Positions 42,077 to 51,805 of a stretch of 64,000 bases of DNA are shown piece after piece. The notes under the pieces are model-generated. The model was given only the letters and a program-made list of their open reading frames with translations. It was not told the origin of the DNA and ran no database searches. Every line of letters begins with the position of its first letter. Within the stretch, counting starts at the first letter, position 1. The stretch comes from TPA_inf: Saccharomyces. Lineage: Eukaryota. The stretch is from assembly GCA_000146045.2 (NCBI GenBank), contig BK006941.2, positions 576,001 through 640,000 on the forward strand. The letters run 5' to 3'. The position numbers and the translations under genes are program-made.

Positions 42077-43858
42077 CTACGAGGACCGCTTTAAATAGTA
42101 GTAACCATCTCTTTCCTCCATATTTTTCTTTACAAATTCTGGAAGCTCTTCACCCTTATTACTATCATACAAGATGATACCATTACCTAGAGCATGTTTC
42201 TTTTCGTTTCTCTTGTAAAAAAAAAGTACAACAAACGTCCATAAACCGTAAATAGCACCAAAAATTAAGCTCACGGTGTAACCAGTCTTAAAACGTGGTG
42301 ACTCCACGGTAGGCCACGCCAAGGTAGGAATCCAGGCGTAAGTGGATTGAGAGAAGGAATAAATGGCGATCCATGTAATAGCCTTCACCTGAGGATCAAA
42401 CCTTAAGAAGTCATTAATAAACGACCATAGACAAGGCGATGCGGCCACACTGAAATACGTGGTGAAGAAAGCGTACCATTTAGCTTTCGAAGGAATATCC
42501 CACTTGATAAGTAAGGCACAAGAAACGGTATTCATTATAGCAGCAAAAACCATGAATATCCACTTACATCTAAATAAATCGGCACCAAAGGCACAAAAAA
42601 TCACATACGCAAATCCTAAACATGCGGGTATAACACTCAGGTTGTTCACTTGGGCAATGGAGTACTTTGTATTAGACTTTAACCACAAAGTATATGAACC
42701 ACTATACGCAGTCATGTTATTCCACGAACATGTATCAAAAACAACAAGTACCCAGAATGCTGGAGTACAAAATACTTTCTTCCAAAGTTTTCTGCTCCAT
42801 AATGGGGCTAGCTTACTTTTATCAACACCATCTTTGATTTGGTTCCTCTTATTTCTGGCCCTTGCAATTCGTATTTCTTCGTCAGTCAGAAATAAAGAGT
42901 AACACTTAGATGGTACACCGGGAATAACAAAAAAACCAATAATAGCCGTGGGAAGAGAAATTGCAATGGCATCGATCAGAAACATCCATCTCCAGCCTGC
43001 TAGACCATGGACGCCGTTCAAACTTTTGAATATGCGACTTTGCAGAAGTCCTGAAGTCACGGAACCCAATTGTTGCCCACAAAAGAATAAACAGACTCTT
43101 GAATTAATTTCATCTGGGGCATACCAACAACCTAGTATATATTGGGACACTGGGTAGTAAGCAGCGCCAAAGGCACTTAAAATAAATCTGTAAGCCCTTA
43201 GTTCGGCTAGTGAGTTTGCCCTATAACATGCAAATGTGAACCAAGTCCAGCCCAAGTCCATTACAGGCAAAATAATATGAGAGGGAAATCTTGGTAACAA
43301 ATACATAAATGGTAATTGGAAGACAATGGCACCAACATTAGCAATAGTAGAAGTGTAAACGTAATCATTACCTTTCATGTTTAAATCTTCCTTCATATTG
43401 GAAACATATGCGTTAGTGTAGTTATTCAAATCCACTGACTTGGACCAACATAACATAAAAAAGTATAAAGCAATAATAATGTCTAGCTTGTAAAGAAGCC
43501 GTCTTTCAGCCTTGGTTTGAGTAGTATGATTAGGATACAAAAACTCGTACCACTTACGTGATTTCTTGTATTCCTTATTAACACGATACTCGAATTCATC
43601 AAAATATTTCCACCATTTACGCCCAGCTTCATCTCTCACTTCATATGGCAAGTCATGCCTTAAATTGTGAGGATGAGGTTCTACAGCTGTAGTTTCTGCC
43701 GTAACGTCTGTCTTCGAGGACTTATCTACGCTATGATGTAGCTCCTCTTCAGCTATGATACTGGAGTTAGTATCGTCTGAGTATAAGTACTGATCATCTT
43801 CGGGTAGTTTTCTCAAATGTGGGAAGTAGCTCCTCCACGATTTATTCGAAATTGTCAT
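42077..43858 (-). CDS. VHT1: Vht1, plasma-membrane H+/biotin symporter (593 aa, MFS)
   Basis: 593-aa major-facilitator-type permease. A VHRE palindrome lies upstream. Confidence 0.9.
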   Translation of the reverse strand: MTISNKSWRSYFPHLRKLPEDDQYLYSDDTNSSIIAEEELHHSVDKSSKTDVTAETTAVEPHPHNLRHDLPYEVRDEAGRKWWKYFDEFEYRVNKEYKKSRKWYEFLYPNHTTQTKAERRLLYKLDIIIALYFFMLCWSKSVDLNNYTNAYVSNMKEDLNMKGNDYVYTSTIANVGAIVFQLPFMYLLPRFPSHIILPVMDLGWTWFTFACYRANSLAELRAYRFILSAFGAAYYPVSQYILGCWYAPDEINSRVCLFFCGQQLGSVTSGLLQSRIFKSLNGVHGLAGWRWMFLIDAIAISLPTAIIGFFVIPGVPSKCYSLFLTDEEIRIARARNKRNQIKDGVDKSKLAPLWSRKLWKKVFCTPAFWVLVVFDTCSWNNMTAYSGSYTLWLKSNTKYSIAQVNNLSVIPACLGFAYVIFCAFGADLFRCKWIFMVFAAIMNTVSCALLIKWDIPSKAKWYAFFTTYFSVAASPCLWSFINDFLRFDPQVKAITWIAIYSFSQSTYAWIPTLAWPTVESPRFKTGYTVSLIFGAIYGLWTFVVLFFYKRNEKKHALGNGIILYDSNKGEELPEFVKKNMEERDGYYYLKRSS

Positions 43859-44105
43859 TATCTATTGATTTGTGTCGGTCCTTTTTTGAAAATTGAAACA
43901 AATGAAAAGGCGATTGCTCGTGGGTGTAGAGCCTTTATATATAGTTATGTTATAGCCGTAAGAGTCATGCAGATTTTTGGGAATGGCTATCATCAAACTT
44001 AGCCTTGCATCTCATATTTCGACTTTTTTTTTCATTTCACACATTTTTTTTTCCTTTCACAGTTGGGTGAAAGAGTCTCGGAGGCGGTACGGCGCTTTCT
44101 GTGTA

Positions 44106-44123
44106 AATCATCCTAAAGTGATT
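44106..44123. promoter_or_regulatory. Vitamin-H responsive element (VHRE) palindrome AATCA-N8-TGATT, about 250 bp upstream of VHT1
   Basis: AATCAtcctaaagTGATT matches the Vhr1 consensus AATCA-N8-TGAYT exactly. VHT1 is the canonical Vhr1 target. Confidence 0.6.
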
Positions 44124-44920
44124 CATAATCTCAGAGCCATTTCGGGTGAACTAATGATGATTTTCTAGTAGACTACGGCAGTATCTTAGCTGACGCAATT
44201 GTAGCAATGGAGGCAATCATGTTAGTAAAGGACATTTTAGTTGTAGGAGCATAGGATCGACAGGCCATGTGAAAGGCGTACTAGCAAAGATTGAAGTAAT
44301 GAGAATAATTGACGATGATTTTAATTTGAGCTTTTCAATGCAGCCGAATTCAGCAGTAGTTGCAGAACCGGACTAACACTTGAAAAAATCCCACGAGCCA
44401 GCTGCCGTCTAAGGATATTGTAATAAAGTTGGGCTTAAACTAAAGTTTTTATATCTTGGTTGTAAGGTTGTAATCATTCGTCTCAAGAAGAACGTTGAGT
44501 AATCATTAGTCCTCCGCATAAGTAGGTTGCCAATAACTTGTTCAGCAATGATGGTTGCAGCATATCCTCGCTAACGTTTTACTTACCAAATATTTTTTGC
44601 TGGTGATTAAGAAAGCTTCTACCATAAGAACACTATGTCAATTTAAAGCAATAATGTTTTCCTGAGTGTTCTTGAGCCTCTGTAAACGAATCATCAATTC
44701 AAGTATTTTTATTTTATTGCAAGGATATCGCCAACTAATTATTAACCGGCACTAATGATAGAAATGTTTTTATTTCGAACTACAAAAAGGGCATACATGA
44801 CGTGGATATATGTAAAGGGTTACTAGTTTACTTATTGATGTAATATCAAGAACAATGTGCTTTTAAAAGAGACATGGTTGACGAGTAAACAAACATACAT
44901 TGGTAATTCTATAAGGGTCT

Positions 44921-45799
44921 TTAGGCAATTTCAAATCCACTTGAGTAGGTGTTCAATGCGTCGCAGTTGGTTGGAACGAGTTCGAGTTTTTGAAACAATT
45001 CACAAGCGGGATGATAGTAGTAGCCTTCCACTGAACCTGTTAGCTGGTCTAAACACACATAGTAAAATCCCTCAAATGACGCGCCTTCCAGATGATGATT
45101 ATCGTCCAACATCAGATTTTCTTGTTCCTCATCATCAAGTAGGAACCTTTCCTTCCATTTAAGATAAATATATCGTTGATTCATAAATTCTGCACTTTCA
45201 TGATTATACTGACCAAAATTTCTTTCCGTTAACGACCAGTTATCAGAACCAAAATGACCAAACCTCTTCCAATGAGAGCAATCACTTTCTCTCTGAGCCA
45301 TATAAGGGTCGAGCGTCTCCTCAGCGGGCCAATGCAGTGAACATAACGGGAATTGGTTATAATTGATGACATACCCTTCAAAAAGGGTAACAACTTTATC
45401 TAGGACTGGTGTTAAATTTTTAATAGTGAAAGTACCTGTGACATGCGGGTCCAAAGAACGCGAATCCTTGTAAAGTGGCAAGTTTACGGTATCAATCTTC
45501 ACTTCCACCGTATAATACGTGTACTTTGACGATTGCGAACCGCCAAATCTCAATCCTGGCCTCAAAAAATCTAAATGTCTACCAAGGGATCTGTAGGTAT
45601 ATTTAGCATTCTTACCCACTAAATTGGTCCCTTCCTCGTAAACATCACAGTCCTCTTCTTTTGCTTTGAAGTGAGGCAAACGTGTATCAGTTGAGGAGGG
45701 TAGAGAGACATAGGCCGAAGTATATATTTCTTCAATGTTGTCATTTCTTTTGGCCCTTTCTAGAATAAACTTTCTTCCCATGATATTCAGTGATGTCAT
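44921..45799 (-). CDS. YGR066C: Uncharacterized protein (292 aa from MTSLNIMGRK; ORF track extends 13 codons upstream)
   Basis: 292/305-aa ORF at the YGR066C position. Confidence 0.7.
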   Translation of the reverse strand: MTSLNIMGRKFILERAKRNDNIEEIYTSAYVSLPSSTDTRLPHFKAKEEDCDVYEEGTNLVGKNAKYTYRSLGRHLDFLRPGLRFGGSQSSKYTYYTVEVKIDTVNLPLYKDSRSLDPHVTGTFTIKNLTPVLDKVVTLFEGYVINYNQFPLCSLHWPAEETLDPYMAQRESDCSHWKRFGHFGSDNWSLTERNFGQYNHESAEFMNQRYIYLKWKERFLLDDEEQENLMLDDNHHLEGASFEGFYYVCLDQLTGSVEGYYYHPACELFQKLELVPTNCDALNTYSSGFEIA

Positions 45800-46371
45800 A
45801 CCTACAGTATATTTTAAATGAAAAGTCTCATAACACAATACGAAAGGATAAAGATAACTCGTCGATGGCCATCATGATTGCCCTTTTTATATGTTTTTAT
45901 CAAATATTAAACTAAACAACATATACAATTACATCATTTTTCCCTACTTTCTTTTTCTGTAATGGTTCATCGAAGCATTTTTAAGGGTGCCCTGAAGACT
46001 ATTGTTAAAAAAAGGTACCGCATACATTCGAACCATTACCAGAAAAAAGAGGGGTGAAAAGACATTCTAAATTTTGTTATCGAATGTGAACAGAACACTT
46101 AAGAAAACGCCAAGGTTAAGAAGGCCTTGAGAGTATTGATTAAGGCGCATGGAGCACAGGTAAACGCGAAAGACGTTTTGTACTTCCTTTTACTGAGCAC
46201 CTCTTACATGTAGTAGTAACCATCGCAGCGGAATAAGCACACAAAAAATGGTATTTACTTTTAGGCAAACTTGTGGGAAGTATTAAAATTATTATGTAGA
46301 TTTATGTATATCGTTTGTGGTTGTATTAAACTTTAATGTTATTAGTGTTGTTAACAACATTTCTTTGGCCA

Positions 46372-48786
46372 TTATTTTATTTGGCTAAAAATTTCAATGT
46401 TTTTACTTTGTTTATTGTCAGTTGAAGAAGCTGAGAATTCTTGTGATTCCATGTTTACCTGGGGTGGGACCACTATTGTTTGGACTAAATTGATATTGTT
46501 TCCTGTTGCCCTTAACAATGGTTGTTCCTTCTCTTGTTGCTTAGGGGCCGAGTTCACGTAGGTGTAATTACTCGTTGAGATAGGTTCAATGGCTTTTATA
46601 TCTAATGGGGGCAGGAGAATCTTATTACAGTTTGAATCTCTCTTTAGGAAATTAGGAGAGAGTGGCAAACATGATGCTACTGAAAACGATTTCATATCAG
46701 AAGCACCAGATAAAGAACCTCTTGAAGTCTTGCGAAACGGCTGTTGAAGAGCAAAACAAGACCAATTAGAGATATCAGTCAACAATGCTTTCGTCTGGTC
46801 ATTCAGGTGAGGGGAGTAGATTAAGTATGGGTAAAGAATATTATCTCTTAATGAAGATACAATAGCATGCAGTAGTATATGGTAAGCAATGAAGGAATCT
46901 GACCAAAAATCGAACAAAATGGAGTGTAAGTCTGTCACCAAGTTCTTTTGGTGTGTTATAATGTAGTCATTCACAAACACTTCAACCTTCTCAAATTCCT
47001 CTTTCTCTGTTGATGAAAGGTAGCTCTGACGTTGTACATAAATGGTATCGAACCAGAAATATAACATTAGGTGAACATTGGGGTTTACTAGTAATTGAGA
47101 TACTTGTGATGGTGAAACATCCGAGCTTGCAATTAACTCCGATGAAAACAATTTTAGTTGGAAGCTGACAATGTCGGTAATTAACTGAATATTCCTTGGG
47201 TTTAAAGATGCCAGCGTGAAAGACTTCAAATTAAGAAGCATTGATATGATTGATAAGTTCGTGGTGATCAAGGTTTCATCAACAAATGAGGAAGAATGAT
47301 GAAGTAAGCACGAGGTCGATACCTGTGGAAAGTTATCAATGAACCATATGTTCCTTGTGGTCCCATTTCTCAAAGTCAAGTTGTTGATGAATTCGAACCA
47401 AATCGTTTCCCACAATAACCAGTTACTTTTCGATTTGCAGTCCGTAATCCTGGCGTTCATAACGTTCGCAAATAAAGAGGGGTTTGCACTAGTTTCAGGT
47501 TTGATCGGCTGCTGCATTACGAAACATTCATTCAAGTAAACCAGCAAATCATGCACTCTAAAATCAGATGGCAGCTCTTGCGGATAAGTCTTCTTTATTA
47601 TAAAATACACGTACGCGGAATCTGCCAAAATATTGATATGCTTTAAAGTTAAGTCAGTAGTGGACATTGACGGTCCCTTGTATATGAAGTCCTTAAGTGG
47701 ATTAGACGAAATAAACTCTTGATTGACGAACCAACCAAATATTAGTAAAGAATCGTTGTTGAAGTTGTTTGAATCGCGCAAGATATTGACCCATAGATCG
47801 AATATGAACCATGCATTTTCCTTACTATTCAAATAATGGTAACTGGAGGATGCCACGGTGAATGGCTTCAGAATATCTTGAAGCATTGAAAACACATCGA
47901 ACTTTTTAATGGAATTAGAAACAGGAATGTTATTCTCCAACATTACTAGAAGAGAATAAAATAGAATCAAGGCAAAAACATCATGTTGCTCTGTCTGTGA
48001 CAAAATGTCCTCAGTGTCAAAGTCATTGTCATGTTTAGATGAGCTAGCATACAAATTCGTACAACAGATAAACCATAGTTTTTGAGAATCTTGATTTAAC
48101 GAAATGGACATACCCAGACAAGCTATTATGAGACCAAAAGGCTTGTTAATCCAAAAACTTTCCACCAGCTCGTCATTTTGTAGTGATGAGAACAGGTCTG
48201 GAAAGAAATTTTGGAAGATCTTATTTTCTACCAAGTGGCTTACACCCATTCTGAAGAAAGTTAGAATATCTCTTGAGCTAATAAAATCTAATGAATATTC
48301 TTGCAAAATTTTTACACTGATGGAGGACTCCAACCGGCTTTTAACCTGCTTAAAGCGGCTTTTCCCTTTCTTTAAACTAGAGGACTCCTTCCCAATCACA
48401 CAACGTTGCTGCTTATCCATTTTTTCAACATTACTACTATGATAGTGAATATTGATAAGGCCGCTGTTGACCTTAATCATCGAATTAACGAGTGTTTCCA
48501 TTTTGATATCTCTGGGTGAAGTCGAATCAACGTCACCAACGCCAAGTGATACAGGGATATCAGCCTTATCGCCTGTCATTGACGCGTAACTGGATAAGAG
48601 GAAGGTTCTGTGGACAGTCCTGATGTGTCGCTGTAAGAGATCGCGTCTAACAAAAGAGTGTTTACAGACTTGGCACTGGAAAGGCTTCACGCCCGCATGA
48701 GACCTTTCATGCCTTATCTTGTGCTCGGATCTCGAGAAAGGCTTCAAACAAAAGGAACATATATATTTTTTTTGACCCGCAGCCAT
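46372..48786 (-). CDS. YGR067C: Uncharacterized C2H2 zinc-finger protein, Adr1-like finger pair (804 aa from MAAGQKK; ORF track extends 34 codons upstream)
   Basis: Two tandem C2H2 fingers near the N-terminus (YICSFCLKPFSRSEHKIRHERSH, FQCQVCKHSFVRRDLLQRHIRTVH). Confidence 0.8.
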   Translation of the reverse strand: MAAGQKKYICSFCLKPFSRSEHKIRHERSHAGVKPFQCQVCKHSFVRRDLLQRHIRTVHRTFLLSSYASMTGDKADIPVSLGVGDVDSTSPRDIKMETLVNSMIKVNSGLINIHYHSSNVEKMDKQQRCVIGKESSSLKKGKSRFKQVKSRLESSISVKILQEYSLDFISSRDILTFFRMGVSHLVENKIFQNFFPDLFSSLQNDELVESFWINKPFGLIIACLGMSISLNQDSQKLWFICCTNLYASSSKHDNDFDTEDILSQTEQHDVFALILFYSLLVMLENNIPVSNSIKKFDVFSMLQDILKPFTVASSSYHYLNSKENAWFIFDLWVNILRDSNNFNNDSLLIFGWFVNQEFISSNPLKDFIYKGPSMSTTDLTLKHINILADSAYVYFIIKKTYPQELPSDFRVHDLLVYLNECFVMQQPIKPETSANPSLFANVMNARITDCKSKSNWLLWETIWFEFINNLTLRNGTTRNIWFIDNFPQVSTSCLLHHSSSFVDETLITTNLSIISMLLNLKSFTLASLNPRNIQLITDIVSFQLKLFSSELIASSDVSPSQVSQLLVNPNVHLMLYFWFDTIYVQRQSYLSSTEKEEFEKVEVFVNDYIITHQKNLVTDLHSILFDFWSDSFIAYHILLHAIVSSLRDNILYPYLIYSPHLNDQTKALLTDISNWSCFALQQPFRKTSRGSLSGASDMKSFSVASCLPLSPNFLKRDSNCNKILLPPLDIKAIEPISTSNYTYVNSAPKQQEKEQPLLRATGNNINLVQTIVVPPQVNMESQEFSASSTDNKQSKNIEIFSQIK

Positions 48787-49323
48787 AGCAGTGATAATGC
48801 AAATACAATTACTGTATATCAACAATTGTCTTCTCCCGAGAGAAGGTTTTAAATAAAAGCGACAAGTAAAGCTCTTAAGCCATGCCAACTGGCATGAAGA
48901 AGAACCGAAAAAGAAGAAATAGAAAGCAGAAAAATGTAAAACTAAACTTTATAAGTACTTTGAAGATGCGTTCTATATAAATATGTGGGGTTAAGTGAAC
49001 ATGACTCGAAATCTATAATGCAGCGATTACGATAAGTATCCACATTAAACGTCAATTATTTTGCGTTGTAAGCATATGCGCGGGGGAGGGGGCGCACCCT
49101 TGAAGTGCAGTCTGTCTATCATATTACTGAACCATTTCCTTCGCTTGACTTACATCATTGGCAACACATGCCTGGATCGCTTTAGCGGCTACCTTTAGTC
49201 CATATTTTCTTCTATTACCAGATCCCATCATCCCCCTTTGTCCGATTGACGACCATTTTGCCGCGGACGATCGGAGGGGATTGCCAACGCGGGGTAGCCG
49301 ACTCGGGGCGCCGAGAGCGGGGA

Positions 49324-51084
49324 TCAGTCATCGTCGCAGTAAGCGGGTACGGACCCTGTCACGTAAGACGATGCCGATGCCTGCGCCTGCGCCTGCTCGT
49401 ATGACGGCACTGTCAGTACCACCGAATCGGCGCCGAGCGGCTGTAGCGCCGGCATGAGATGATCGTTGGTGCTCTCGTGATAATTCGGTGGCGGTTGTGG
49501 CAGCGCGAGGTGCGCCGTTGTAGTGGAGTTCAGTTCAACGCCTGGAGTCAGACCCTGCGCGGGGTAAGTGGTTAAAAAAAGGGGTACTAATTCGCCAGGG
49601 CGGAAGTGGATCTTGCCATCGTGTTTATCAAACAACACTAGACGGCCTTTCATAGGCAGATGCGGCGAAATAAATAATAACATAGGTAATTGCGCCTTGA
49701 TCTCCAGGTTCTTGTATTCGCCATCCACTTGACGTTGTAAAAGAATACGTACCTGCAATTTGTGCATGACACGGATTAGGTTGTCTTGCAGACAGCAGTC
49801 TTGAGTTATTTGTTTGAGGTTATCTGGAATTGTAAAGGGACAATCGACGTCAAGTTTGTCCGTCAGCGGGCCGAAGTCCGCTAGATGAGTAATTTTCATG
49901 ACGGCTATTTCATCATCATAAATTTGTGCGCTGCTGTCCTTCATTGCGTAATATTGGATTAGCGCCATTTCTATCCTATCCAAACGAATGTTCTTTTCGA
50001 AGGGGAAAATCTTAATCTTCACGGGGGTTGTGCTACCAATAGGAACAGCCCTACTCGGGATGGACGTTTCGTATTGCAACTTGTCACGCCAAGTATTACC
50101 CACGCTAATTTCTTCTTGCATGGCAAGATTGTCCATCGATAATGTACGAAGGATTCTGAGATACTTGAACTTTTTGATGATAATTTTATTCTTCGTTCTC
50201 ATACCATTGCCGCTCGTACTTGTGCTACCGATTGGACCGTGAGGAGAAGTATGAACGCTCAGATCAGTATCCCATAACTGACGTCCATCTATAATGGCTT
50301 CAAAGGAATACAGTATGCTACCACTTTGTAGTCCCTCGATTGTTTCGCACACTTCTGGGGGGAGCATTGTATTGAAGGGTAGTTCGTAGTTGCCTCTTTT
50401 CATTAGGAATAAGTACGAACTTCCAGACCCGTCTCTGTTACTATAACTATGGCTATTGTTATTGAGGGTGTTACTACTACTGCTTCTACTACGGGCGTTT
50501 TCTCTTAAACCCTCGAAAGGGGTTCCTGTAACACCATTTTCTGGTAGCTCTAGTATTTTTCTGTGGGAAGAATGGGTCTTTCTTCGAATTATTTTGTTGA
50601 AAACAGGGCTCGAAAGTGATCTCTTGCTTAGAAATATTGCGTTGCCGCTGGTGTCCATATCTTGGTTGCTTGTACTGCGACCGCTACTACTGTTATGTTG
50701 ATTTTCCGCATTTTCCCCACCGACTAAAACATCCCCTTTTGAAGAAACCAATAAGTTGTCCCAATAGCATTCGAAAATCTTACGCTTTTCCTTAACTAGA
50801 CTTGCCAAACTACTGCTATTCTTCTTATATCGGCCAACTTGCAAAAACTCCAATTTGAATCTTCCTACCAATCTCAGCGAAATTTTCTTCACTACGATCT
50901 CATTTTTCACTGAAATCACTAAGTTTCCTGATAAAGGTATAGACGACAGTTCCAACGGTGACCCTTGGATCAAAATTATGTCCTTGTACGGGGAGTTTAT
51001 TCTAATATCAAAATAACTTATTCTCTCTCTTTCCTTCTGCTCTGAATGCCCACCGCTGCTAGATAGCGAACTAAGTGAAAACAT
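49324..51084 (-). CDS. ART5: Art5, arrestin-related trafficking adaptor (586 aa, PPxY motif)
   Basis: Arrestin-like N/C domains and a PPPNY motif near the C-terminus. 586 aa. Confidence 0.88.
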   Translation of the reverse strand: MFSLSSLSSSGGHSEQKERERISYFDIRINSPYKDIILIQGSPLELSSIPLSGNLVISVKNEIVVKKISLRLVGRFKLEFLQVGRYKKNSSSLASLVKEKRKIFECYWDNLLVSSKGDVLVGGENAENQHNSSSGRSTSNQDMDTSGNAIFLSKRSLSSPVFNKIIRRKTHSSHRKILELPENGVTGTPFEGLRENARSRSSSSNTLNNNSHSYSNRDGSGSSYLFLMKRGNYELPFNTMLPPEVCETIEGLQSGSILYSFEAIIDGRQLWDTDLSVHTSPHGPIGSTSTSGNGMRTKNKIIIKKFKYLRILRTLSMDNLAMQEEISVGNTWRDKLQYETSIPSRAVPIGSTTPVKIKIFPFEKNIRLDRIEMALIQYYAMKDSSAQIYDDEIAVMKITHLADFGPLTDKLDVDCPFTIPDNLKQITQDCCLQDNLIRVMHKLQVRILLQRQVDGEYKNLEIKAQLPMLLFISPHLPMKGRLVLFDKHDGKIHFRPGELVPLFLTTYPAQGLTPGVELNSTTTAHLALPQPPPNYHESTNDHLMPALQPLGADSVVLTVPSYEQAQAQASASSYVTGSVPAYCDDD

Positions 51085-51184
51085 GGTCTTGCTTCACCCT
51101 ATTCTCGCCGAGAGCTGTACAAGATATTTTTTACTTTTGCCATCTTATACTCATCCTAATCATCTGTTTCATTTTCCTTCTATT

Positions 51185-51216
<32 letters not shown>

Positions 51217-51418
51217 CAGTTTTCGAAGAAACTGCCTTTTTAGAATTGTAAAAGACGAAGTGAAGTATTCAGGAGTATATTATTACATACATACAAAGCA
51301 AGACAAAGAAACATTTTTAGATCTAACATTTTACTTCAATTGTTTTTGTATTCCTTATAATAAGAAAGACCTGCTGTTTAATGTGGGAGTAATCCGTCCC
51401 CTACTCGATCTTCAATAA
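51083..51418 (+). CDS. YGR069W: Dubious 111-aa ORF (poly-Phe from the T-tract), probably non-coding
   Basis: The translation contains an FFFFFFFFFFF run produced by the 33-nt T-tract. Its ATG overlaps the ART5 ATG on the opposite strand (shared CATG). Confidence 0.15.
51187..51219. repeat. 33-nt homopolymeric dT tract (poly(dA:dT)) in the ART5 promoter
   Basis: Uninterrupted T run. Confidence 0.95.
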
Positions 51419-51805
51419 ATTGTCATCTTGTATCTAAAGGAGCGCTCCAGTACTCCAATTAAGCACCACCTAGTGCGTCTAGTGTCGATTTTTTTTTCAC
51501 GCATACGTTTGTATGTTTCTTAAATTTCCCATGATTTTTTGTTGCCAATGTCATATCTACAAACTCTATACGAAAGTAAACGCACTTCATCTTTTTTGCC
51601 CTAAAACGGCAATATTTAGACATATCATAAGGGGCCCAAGGGAGAATCGTTAATTTTAAACTTTTCTTTGCTCTTGAATGAAAAAGTAAATAAATAAAAC
51701 TAAATCAAAAAAAAGAACGCCACGTTTGAATTTTAAAGCAAAAATTTTGTTGATTTAGTAATGATATAAATAAAACCAAGTCGTTGGTAAGAATTTGGTT
51801 AGGTT

